Source: Paramoeba atlantica
Taxonomy: Eukaryota > Protista > Discosea
DNA: 64,000 bases
Reading direction: 5' to 3'
NCBI GenBank assembly: GCA_977017575.1
Contig: CDRNVI010000002.1
Location: 868,001 to 932,000 of the forward strand
Made by a program: the position numbers and the translations under genes. This document shows, in pieces, positions 51,907-62,066 of this stretch. Every line of letters begins with the position of its first letter. The first letter of the stretch is position 1. The notes below the pieces were generated by a model. It was given only the letters and a program-made list of their open reading frames with translations. It did no database searches and was not told where the DNA came from.

Positions 51907-52585
51907 TTAATTTGCTTCTGTTGCGCTTCTTTCTATTATCCTGCCTTTTTTCAGACCTGCATGAGCAGCTTTCTGCGAAGCTGCCTTAGACTTCAGTTCA
52001 CTCCTTGTTAATTTATTATGTCTCCTGATTTTTTTCCCATGGGCGGAGCACTTCCCAAAGCGGATGACCCCAATCTTCTTGAGAGCATGCGAATATTCCC
52101 CGATATTCCCCTGTATTCGCTGCGTCTTCCATGTCGTACCTGTGAAATGTGCAATGGCACATGGGCCGGCTTTTCCATTCCTGTACAACGGAATGATCAA
52201 GTGGAATTTTTTCTATAGTATCGTGATAATATTTTGTTTCGTCAATTTTCCAACGAATGCATTCCGCATTACAAGTAAGCCCGAACACCAATCTAACGAA
52301 TTCGACACGGTGTTGATTATAATGGAAAATTTTATGTTGATCCAGAAACGCAAAGAAGCGCTCTACACTATTTCGGATTCGGCGGAATTCCACATCGAAC
52401 TCCTCGTCTATATCATCTCTCTTTTCCTGGCAAAAGCAATGCCGCACACTTATGTAAGCTTTATCATCCATTATCATTTCATCCTGGGTCTGTGGCTAAG
52501 CATGGAAAACTTAGCGTCGCTGGACGTTTTAGTGTCCGCTTATTTGAGTGCATAATCAATTTCCGAAGGCCAGCATACCCATGCA
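51907..52585 (-). mobile_element. Second degenerate DDE_Tnp_4-like transposase, inverted relative to the first
   Basis: MDDKAY..EEFDVEFRRIRNSVERFF..EWKSRPMCHCTF..GKCSAHGKK parallels the + strand copy at 49.2-49.8 kb. Confidence 0.75.
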
Positions 52586-53325
52586 GTTTTGGCTCGCAGT
52601 GGCTGGCAGCGTTTGACAGCGTACGGCAGCGTATGACACGAATTTGAGAAAAATGAAATTAAATTATTGGCCGCACTTGTATTTGAAAAGGAAAAATTCT
52701 ACTAGAATTTTTTGTTTTACAAAAACATCGCCTTTCAGGAACCTTTCACCTTCAATACTCAACTTCAATTCAGTCTGAACTTCAATTCATCACCGAATTC
52801 AGCACAGTCCCTTCAGATTTCAATCCTTTCCGCACTGAGTTCACGTTAAAAAGAGCACGAACGGCTACTTTCGTCTTTGCGCAGGTGACCATTGAGCCGA
52901 GCTTATATCACCGCCCCGTTTAGTTCCTGCAGCAAGAGCTGAAATTCTGCATAGATCCGCTTGCGTGGCATGCTACAGGCATCTGCGAGAGCGCCTAGGA
53001 GGCTTTTAGTGTTCTCATGCAAACATCCACCCGAAAGACCTAGCACACATTGAAAGCTATCAGACCGGGATTTTTCCTGTTCTGACATATGTATCTTGTT
53101 TTCGTTCATAGTAAATCTCACCTGTGGCCCAGTACACGACGTTGTCTGGGCCGGATCGACGAAAGGACCGTCCGACACACGTTTTTTCGTGAAGTTTTCG
53201 ATGGTTCGAATTTCACTCAGCAAGCTTGACCGCACCGAGACCCCGCCGAGACCGTACCGAATCCCCACCCGCTGCCCCTGGCATGTTCGGGTAACCAGCT
53301 GGTTTGTCTTCAGGGAGAAAGGCTC

Positions 53326-53355
53326 TATCCTATCCTATCCTATCCTATCCTATCC
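53326..53355. repeat. (TATCC)6 microsatellite
   Basis: Read directly. Confidence 0.9.
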
Positions 53356-54001
53356 TATTAGGCCGATTTGCGTCGGCTGAAAGTGCGACTGCTTCGTTTT
53401 TCGTGAATTTTCTCTTAGGTGAGTCTTCTTCCTTCCTTTCGCTCGAACAGGTCTCCTTTAACCCCGCAGTTCCGGTCCAAAGCCCGGAGCCACCAACTGA
53501 TATGGGTTTACCTTAACGGTACCTTGTCAGTTTAGCGGAAAGGGGATGGAAGGTTTACTTTGTTCAACGCTTCATTTCTTTAAGAAAAATCTTTGATTTT
53601 CCCATTCATGTAAAGCAATACGAACCGTCTAAAACAGAAGACGCAAACAGCCTAAAATGTAGGAAAGCTAACAACGCCCTTCAAGGCCTGGAAAAGAGGG
53701 GTAGACGGAAGTGCATTCGACACTGGCTTTGTACCAGCAGGGTTAAAGGAGACCTGTTCAAGCGAAAGGAGGTAACGCATTACTACCCTTTAGGGACATT
53801 ATGCACACTTCCTGTCCCACGATCGGGTCGAATGCACTCCGTAGTGAACTACGGCTTACTTGGGCCCGCAAATTTTGTTTTAGAAGTAACTAATTTGCGT
53901 TGATAAGTACACGTTAACGACTTATGAGATCGCTGCACTACATACCGCGTTACATACCGCTACCTGCGCACGCACATACCTACTATTTATCAGGGGCTGG
54001 G

Positions 54002-54520
54002 CCCGTATGTAGCACGATCTACCGAGGGTGGACTCGTATGTAGCACGATCCACCGAGGGTGGATTCGTATGTAGCACGATCCACCGAGGGTGGATTCGTA
54101 TGTAGCACGATCCACCGAGGGTGTGTTCGTATGTAGCACGATCCACCGAGGGTGGATTCGTATGTAGCACGATCCACTGTGGGTGGATTCGTATGTAGCA
54201 CGATCCACCGAGGGTGGATTCGTATGTAGCACGATCCACCGATGGTGGATTCGTACACCGAAGGTGGATTCACCATTCGGTGGGTGGATTCGTATGTAGC
54301 ACGATCCACCGAGGGTGGATTCGTATGTAGCACGATCCACCGATGGTGGATTCGTACACCGAAGGTGGATTCACCATTCGGTGGGTGGATTCGTATGTAG
54401 CACGATCCACCGAGGGTGGATTCGTATGTAGCACGATCCACTGTGGGTGGATTCGTATGTAGCACGATCCACCGAGGGTGGACTCGTATGTAGCACGATC
54501 CACTGTGGGTGGACTCGTAT
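54002..54520. repeat. Tandem array of a 31-bp palindromic unit with two 39-bp inserts
   Basis: Unit GGGTGGATTCGTATGTAGCACGATCCACCGA, 14 copies of the core plus a partial; inserts at about 54243-54281 and 54344-54382. Confidence 0.95.
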
Positions 54521-54614
54521 ATAGTAAGCGTGCCACAATGCGCTCAGTGGGCTTATGTGGACTCCATAATCACCGTTTAATTTATGTATAATATGTACAT
54601 ATTATACATAAATA

Positions 54615-55556
54615 ACCCCTCCGCACCAATAAGGCACCCACCCTTAACTTTTCAGACAAATGTCGGTTTGGGCTCATTTTTGTTGCATTTTTCAGATCTC
54701 AACGCAAAGACTTTGCGCGTGAAGAAATGAGACAAAAAAAAACGAATACGTATACTTTAGAGAGAGATTACCATTTTGTCACCATTTCTCCGTTACTCGC
54801 TACGCAAGCTTTGAGGCAAGCATCGAAGTTCAAAACCGAATCATAAATAAAATTTTGAGACAATTTATGCCAAGCTTTACGTACGCTTTTTATGAGATCT
54901 TCTTTATTTGCAAGATTGCATTCATCTACAAGATTTTGTACCATGCTCCACACGTTTTCTATCGGTGAGAGATCGGGGGAGTTGGGCGGCCAATTTTTCA
55001 ATAATTTCATTTTGCTGTCCTCAAGGTACACTTTTGTTTCCTTCGCAATGTGAGGTGTTGCTCCATCTTGCTGAAAAATACAGTTTGGGGTGCATGGTAC
55101 TTTTTTTAATGTTTTAATGTACGAAACACATGTAATTGAGTTGGATGGGAGAATAACAAGGTGTCTTTGGATTCCTTTTTTTTTACTTCAGGGCTCAGAG
55201 AGTAAATTTTCAGGCGAATTGTTTTTCAAATATTTTCGAATATGTTTCACATTATACTCGCGGGTCATTAAACTCGCGGGCTAGTTGCCTTATCGCAACC
55301 CTTTGGCCAAACCTCATGCGCAATAACACTTTTCCACTTTCTGTAAGACCACCCCTGGGGAGTCGATATGCATTTCTTGGTATGAGAAGTGCGCTTTTCA
55401 AAAAAATACATCCAACTCTTTTTTAGTTTTCGAAATGACCTAAAGACAACGGGAACGTACAGATCTCAAAATTTTGCACGATAAAGTGGTGCGATAACCC
55501 ACCTAGCCCCCCTCGTACAAGAAATAAGGGTGGGTGCCTTTTTGATGCGGAGGGGT
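54615..55556 (-). mobile_element. Internally deleted IS630/Tc1-like DNA transposon
   Basis: About 32-bp imperfect TIRs (54615-54646 and 55525-55556) with TA / TTA flanks; FQQDGATPH..WPPNSPDLSPIENVW. Confidence 0.85.
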
Positions 55557-55745
55557 TTACGTGTGTATAGATACGTACGTAGGTATTCATGTAACCATGT
55601 GTACACCAAAGATGTCCACAGGCCATTCACTGAGATTCATGTCATAAGTGTGTGTACAGGATCTTATAAGCTCACGTTAAGATGGATACATCGTTTACCA
55701 GAACTATTATTATCTGAATTACAATCCTTGTACTAGTTTTGTATT

Positions 55746-56838
55746 ATGGTAGACACTATTCCTGAGCTTGTCCCTGGGGTGAACAACGCCCCTTCCCCAA
55801 GGACCTCTTATATGGAGCTTTGCTCCATGAAGCGACTTGGTTTAACCGTGCAACGGGACCTCGTTGGGGTCCTTCCCGGCGCCATTCAGTTTGCCAAAGA
55901 ATTCGTAAACATTGATCCCATACTGGAGCGCGCATCCGCATGCGCGGGCAACGGTGACTCAATCCGAGGTACTCAAGTGATTCGTCGTAACTTGAGTGCC
56001 TTGCAACGAGGTGACTTCTCCAGCACGGATGTAGCTCCCCAAGTACTGGTCAAACTGCGCGATGAACTGTGCGCAGAGGAATCTGTTCTGCTTCGCCCTC
56101 AGAGCACCGCTACTGTCCCCGTCGGACAGTCGGAAAAAAGCACCCCAAAAGACATCTGCGAAGCGTTCCGATCCTTGATCGGAACCCAGGAAGACCCTCG
56201 TTGTGGCCCGCAATTGCACGCATGCTTAACACAAACGGGGTTTAGCGGCGAGCCGTGGCTAACACAAGAGGTGAAGCGTCGAGTCTGTGACGCAGTGGGG
56301 GGGGGGGGGTCTGGACATGGTGCACTACGCCAAAAGTTTGGCTAGTATGCCGCCGGATACGCGATTCCCGAACATCGAGGAGGACGGCGTTCGTCTCGGC
56401 CTCTGGACCCTCTTGTGCAAATTAGGGTCCATTCTCTTAACTCATTGCCTTCGTCATGAGGGCGTTGGGGTGGCCGCGGAGACCCTGGAACAAATTATGA
56501 TGGGAGAAGCTGCGGACAACAATAATAAGGCTATAGTGTCCCACTTGGCCACCCATGCACGTGCGGTAGCGCAACTTCAGTCGCAAAAGCGCATCTTAAA
56601 TTCTACTCCAAACCGTGTTGTAGTGGCCAAAAGGGCTCCCACAAATTCCCATGTGGAGTTCAAGCCGTGGAAGTTCCCTAAGGCGCCACCGGGTGTCTGC
56701 CGTCACTGCGGCAAACGAGGTCATGTGGCTCGGTACTGCAAGGAGTCAGCCACGAAAAATCCCAGCGATGGTAAGCCCCCACCAGAAAAGCGCTCGCTTA
56801 TGGGGATGCATTACGTGAGCCGTTACAAGAAGGAGTAG
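55746..56838 (+). pseudogene. Gag-like protein with CCHC zinc knuckle, split by a frameshift at a G13 run
   Basis: ORFs 55746-56345 and 56287-56838 overlap at G13 (56297-56309); CRHCGKRGHVARYC = Cx2Cx4Hx4C. Confidence 0.6.
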
Positions 56839-58125
56839 TCCTCTCTAAGAATAGATGATTATTGGCCATATAGTATCAATTGTTTATCGTGGCGTTTACA
56901 TGCTTACAAGTCAGCCTGGTTTTCTTTATTTGTCTCACGGATCACCAAAAGAGCAAAAAAAAATCTCTTATCTGTTTCACTGCACGCAGTCTAGTGCCAA
57001 TTTTTGTTTTCATGCCTTTTATTAGAAGATAGTCATAAATTTATCATAGTTGATAGCTATCAAAGAAGCTAGAAGGAAAGCTATAGAAGAAGCTAGAAGG
57101 AAGTGTGCATAATGTCCCTAAAGGGTAGTAATGCGTTACTTTCGACCCACAACCTTGTTTAATTCCCTTGACCCTTTACGCTCTTCTCTCACTTCCTTAA
57201 CGCATTCCGCTTCCCGGAGTGTTTTTCTGTCTTTAGATGACCCTGTTCCCGTAGTTGATAAAAGCGGGGAACCCTTTTTGGTGCACATTCCTCTGCAGCA
57301 GTAGTGCATCCTTTTTTTGTAGAAGCAATGGGTAATGTGCTGTCATTTGCCGGAGTCTTTCGTTTTGGGCGAACGGAAAGACGCAAGTTGATGGATTCAC
57401 GCAGCCGAGAGTCTTGAGCACTCAGCGTCTTCGTCCTCTTTGTCAACTGGGATGAAAGAGTTTTGTCAACCAAAGCATCAGCCTTATCATTATACGCATT
57501 TCCGTTGTGGGTTTTTCCGTTGACGAAGACGAATCTTCGATCTAAAATTCAAGAAGCTCTCAAAGGACGTTTTTGTCTCGCAGTGGCTGGCAGCGTTTGG
57601 CACTGGCTCGCAGTGGCGGTCTGCATGGGTTCCATTCGGCATGCGAGGTCAATCCCCCTCCACCTCATCATCATTAGGAGGTAAATCGCCTTCCATTAGA
57701 CAGATAAAAATGTATACAGCAAATAATTGCTATTGAGGGAGATACTACTCCCTCGCTATCCCATATTAATAAACTTGGCCCGAAATTTGGCCCGACAAAA
57801 ACATTTCCGGAAAAAGTGTTTTTCGCAAAGAATCAAAGGTAACACCATAAACTGATAGTTTTAAGAAAGAAAAACGTACCTTTTGGACGACTCGAGACCC
57901 CCTTCTTCGGAAGCGATTTGCAAACCCCAATTTGCCACATACATGCTTTTTTGAACTGGAAGTGTAGGATACGCAAGACCGTAGAGGAAGGAGGAGGCGC
58001 AACGCAAAAAGCAGAAGGCGGAGCCTTCTGCCTTTTTGCCGCAGCGACGACGATTTCCTCGCGTGGGAAGCTGTAAGGAGTCCTAGGGAACATGTTTTTA
58101 CTGTGTAGCCCAGGGTAAACTGGAA

Positions 58126-58271
58126 GAGGGAGATACCAATAGTGTAGGTGCGGCAGTTTCCCACAGCACAAACGGTATCCCCCTTATGGCATGAAGACAG
58201 GCGCCTAAAAAGGTGGAGATGCCGTTTGTCCTGTGGGAAACTGCCGCACCTACACTACTGGTATCTCCCTC
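58126..58271. repeat. Inverted repeat, 54-bp arms, 38-nt loop (MITE-like)
   Basis: 58126-58179 versus reverse complement of 58218-58271: 3 mismatches. Confidence 0.85.
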
Positions 58272-58484
58272 GTTCACTTTACCCTCGGTTATTCTTAAGT
58301 GACGAATGTAAGTTATGAGACGTGAGTAGGGAAAATAACATCTGCAAAAAAGCGCATGTATTTTAGCGAAAAAAGGACAAGGTGCGCTCCCAAGCGCTCT
58401 CACCCAGTTACAACCCTCTAAATATAGCATCTCATTTCGTCATTTTTTGACCAAAATTGATTATTTCATTCTGTAAAAAGAAAT

Positions 58485-59999
58485 ATGTGGGGAGATTTTC
58501 CATGGATACAAAAACTAATACCGACAGCGAGAAACGATTATCGCTGCCTGGAGATGAAGAAAGGCAATGAACGAGAAGAACCGTCTTCTGCTCTCGATAA
58601 TAATCCTCTATATTGTGAGCCACAAGGAAAGGCATTTTCGATGCAAAAGCGTGCAACAAAAAAACGGAAACCTAATTTTGAAACATCAAGGACAAGCAAG
58701 CCTTCAGGAAAAGTGTTAAACCATGCTCAGGAGCACAAAGTCGACGTTTTTCAAGATTTGAGAGCGACGGGCTTTGCGCTGCCGTATGATCACCCCACTC
58801 CCATTCAAGCACAATCGATTCCAGTTGCGCTGCATGGCGCAAGTATTTTAGGTGTTGCGCCCACGGGAAGCGGCAAAACACTAGCGTACGTTTTACCATT
58901 GCTTGCAAAAGCCAGAGAAGGATACTCTTCCATTGTGCTATTTCCCACTCGTCTACTAGCACTGCAATCGCTAGATGTTTGTAAGCAGATCAGTTTCCAT
59001 CAAGAAAAACAGTCGAATAATACAATGTCTTTTACAAACATTTCCAAGTCCGCTCTTCAGAAAGAAAATATATTAACTTTCTGCTGTGTCGGAAATTTAA
59101 GTGATCAACGAGACGGGGATGTATCGCTCGTCACATTTTTGGAACAAAATCTTGTTCAAGAAGGGCGCGTACTTTTTACAACGCCAGGCGCAGTGCTTTC
59201 TCGATTGAAGAGCAAGGCACCCACTCGGTTATCCCTTCGCAAGTTTCTAAATAGCGCCGTTCAGATAGTTGTTCTGGATGAGGTTGATAGATTGTTCGAT
59301 ATTGGAACACGGAAACGTGTATTCCACATATTCAGTCAAGTTTTGTTGTTAAATCAGGTCCTCGCTTTTTCAGCCACATGTAGCAAAGAAATAAAAGATG
59401 TCATTCAAAATAGTTTTCCTCTGGCTGTTTTCCATATCGTCACTGTTGGTCCAAATTCCGTTCCGTGCAGTAATGTAAAACAAAGCTTCACATTTGTTTC
59501 TTCGATGGTGCACAAACAGATTTTCCTACGTAACTATGTAAAATACATCCTGGAAAATGAGGAAACTGCTCAAATTCTTGTTTTTTGTGGCTCCAAGTCA
59601 AATACACGGAATCTATATAACTTTTTAGCTCGGGAACTTCCTCAGTACGCCTCCCAGTGTACAACTCTTTCATCTGATCTTTCTCAATGCGAACGAGAAA
59701 AACGTATGGAAGACTTACGTCAAACCAAAAAATTGCGTGTAGTGTTGGGGACTGATATGGTTGCTCGAGGACTCGATATTCCGTTAGTTGATTATATAGT
59801 AAATTTCGAATTCCCACGTAACTTGGTGGACTACGTGCACCGCGCCGGCCGTACGGGTCGGGCTGGGCAGACAGGCTATTTGCACACGTTAATACGTGAT
59901 AGAGAAAAACCTTTTGTTCCTGCTCTGTGTGATATGCTTGAACGGCAAGGAATAGAAATTCCACGCGATTTACTGTTTTATCGAAATACTGGAAAATGA
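58485..59999 (+). CDS. DEAD-box RNA helicase
   Basis: PTPIQ, APTGSGKT, PTRLLA, TPG, DEVD, SAT, ARGLD, HRAGRTGRAG. Confidence 0.92.
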   Translation: MWGDFPWIQKLIPTARNDYRCLEMKKGNEREEPSSALDNNPLYCEPQGKAFSMQKRATKKRKPNFETSRTSKPSGKVLNHAQEHKVDVFQDLRATGFALPYDHPTPIQAQSIPVALHGASILGVAPTGSGKTLAYVLPLLAKAREGYSSIVLFPTRLLALQSLDVCKQISFHQEKQSNNTMSFTNISKSALQKENILTFCCVGNLSDQRDGDVSLVTFLEQNLVQEGRVLFTTPGAVLSRLKSKAPTRLSLRKFLNSAVQIVVLDEVDRLFDIGTRKRVFHIFSQVLLLNQVLAFSATCSKEIKDVIQNSFPLAVFHIVTVGPNSVPCSNVKQSFTFVSSMVHKQIFLRNYVKYILENEETAQILVFCGSKSNTRNLYNFLARELPQYASQCTTLSSDLSQCEREKRMEDLRQTKKLRVVLGTDMVARGLDIPLVDYIVNFEFPRNLVDYVHRAGRTGRAGQTGYLHTLIRDREKPFVPALCDMLERQGIEIPRDLLFYRNTGK

Positions 60000-60279
60000 C
60001 TAATGTGACGCATTCGTTTGTTGAAACTAGATTTACCAAAGCGTCTGAACATTGTTCTCGGGTGTTTTAATTAATTTTGAACAACACAGTACAGAGGTAA
60101 AATTTTTACCTCAAAACATTTGCTTTACGATATATTTTAAAAATTATATCGTAATGCAATTGTTTTGCTACTAAGAAAGATCCCTCCTCAAGAAATAGAT
60201 TTCACTTTCTTTACAGCTATCTTCATCACGCCTGCACGGTTTATGTTTTGAGACCCACATTTCTATTCCGCACACCCTC

Positions 60280-61644
60280 ATGGTGCTCTCTCGCAACTAC
60301 AAGGGACGGATGAGTCCAATTAACCCACGAGAAGCTCTGCTTCGGCGCGTTCTCCTCCGTCGCACCCACGAGACCCCGCAGCCTTGTTCACAGAACCCAC
60401 CCGGCGCCAACCCCTCCGAAGTCATGTTATGGGTGAGGTCACATGTGCGTCGCCGGGAGGACATGGCCCTTAGCGCTCTCGAGGAGAAACTTCGCCCATG
60501 GCGGGACGCGATGGAGAGCTCCACTGGAAAAGCCCTAGGCTCCCATCGCTCGCTAACCACCGAATCCGACGGCAATCTTTTTACCCTGCGGCAGTTTCCC
60601 ATGTACCCCGGGGAGTATGTCCCCGCGGGACACAAACCATTAGTCTCGCTGCGGGATGAACTCACGAGCGATTTGTTAGCGCAGAATATTAAAACCGCCT
60701 GGCTTCAAGTCACCCAGGGGGAGTTTTTCGCCTCCCCCTCAGAGTATTACCGCAGAGTAGATGGTTTGGATGAGTCGCGATTGACGGATATCGTCGGGGC
60801 TGTGTTTCCCACTTTAGATGTTCATGAGACGCGTGCGCTGGTACGTAAAGTGTTGGAGTCGCTCTCTTCGGATGAGAATACGCCCTCGCGTGCGTTGGCA
60901 CGAACCGTCACAGCGGAATCATTGGGGCTTGACGATGCCCCACAACATTACACGAATTTTCTGCAGTGGATGGGTCGTATGATGGATACCGTGGGGTTCA
61001 AAACTGAACATGCACTTTACCAATTTTGTCGTAAAAAATTCAACGCTTATGACTCCCGATTAATGTACGAAAACTATCTCATGATAGGAAAGAACTACAT
61101 GAACGCTGCACGTATTGATGGGTACAGTCACTATTATCTTATTTTGCAGGATTTTATTCGTAAAATTACGGCTGGCGACACCAGGTCTCAGATTGGGGTC
61201 CGTATCGACCCTCCCGAGATGGATCCTCACACTGGATTAGCCGTCGGATGGGGCTATCACAGTGCACTAACGGTCATTGCACTAATGCGAGAAAACAACG
61301 CGCGTACTGGGGAGATGGTTCTTCAAGGGGAGCCCGTCGGAGAGTACTTTGATGATAAATCGTGGTGGATGGAATATTTGCTTCAACCCTTTGACGACGC
61401 TGGTGTGTGCGTGCGAGACTTTGATGTGTATTTGGCTGCGGAATTTTTCCACCCCGGTGGAGATAAGAATAGGTTATGTCGAGCCGGTCGCATTGCCATT
61501 GCCATGGCATTAACGAAGCTAATGCCGATTACTCGGATACATATTAAGAAGGCGGGCATGCTTTCGTTCAGTAAACGGCGCAGATGGCTTCCAAAGCCCG
61601 GGAAAAAGGGGCTCAACCGCACTAGGCACTTCTACAAGCGTTAA
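60280..61644 (+). CDS. Mitochondrial ribosomal protein uS9m (kinetoplastid extended form)
   Basis: C-terminal AGRIAIAMAL..KKAGML..RR..KPGKKG..R.HFYKR matches the uS9 tail; long N-terminal extension. Confidence 0.75.
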   Translation: MVLSRNYKGRMSPINPREALLRRVLLRRTHETPQPCSQNPPGANPSEVMLWVRSHVRRREDMALSALEEKLRPWRDAMESSTGKALGSHRSLTTESDGNLFTLRQFPMYPGEYVPAGHKPLVSLRDELTSDLLAQNIKTAWLQVTQGEFFASPSEYYRRVDGLDESRLTDIVGAVFPTLDVHETRALVRKVLESLSSDENTPSRALARTVTAESLGLDDAPQHYTNFLQWMGRMMDTVGFKTEHALYQFCRKKFNAYDSRLMYENYLMIGKNYMNAARIDGYSHYYLILQDFIRKITAGDTRSQIGVRIDPPEMDPHTGLAVGWGYHSALTVIALMRENNARTGEMVLQGEPVGEYFDDKSWWMEYLLQPFDDAGVCVRDFDVYLAAEFFHPGGDKNRLCRAGRIAIAMALTKLMPITRIHIKKAGMLSFSKRRRWLPKPGKKGLNRTRHFYKR

Positions 61645-62066
61645 GTACGCGCTATTTATGAGTCATCTACAATTTCGGGTCATCATACACTTCTGTAGAC
61701 AACTACATGGCATAAAAGGTGCAATAAAATCAATGATGAAGCGGCATAGGTATGAACTGCCTTGCAGGAGATTGTTTGCTTAAATAACTTAAGAAATATA
61801 TCTTTGAAAAAAGATGTTTTAGATACATATTCGTGTACATTTTTTTCGCCAGTTTCGCTTCGGGAACTCTGGGTTAAGCTTTTTTGAAGTAACGAATCCT
61901 TTGATTTTTTTCAGGAAAAGTGTCACTTGAACTCACTTAGTCATACTAACTAGTGAGTCATACTAACTCTTGAAGTATTGATTTATTTCACTATATTTTC
62001 TCATTGACTCTCATTTTTTGATGAAATGATTTGAAAAGAGTAGCAAACTTGGAATTGGTTACGAGC

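Noticed and set aside
53326-53355. Telomeric repeat
   Set aside because: (TATCC)6 is not the TTAGGG-type repeat of kinetoplastids and is short and internal
54002-54520. CRISPR array
   Set aside because: Units are head-to-tail with no unique spacers (the two inserts are identical), there are no cas genes, and the context is eukaryotic
53922-54536. Repetitive ORFs (VDRATYESTLGG...)
   Set aside because: Translations of the 31-bp tandem repeat in several frames; no evidence of coding
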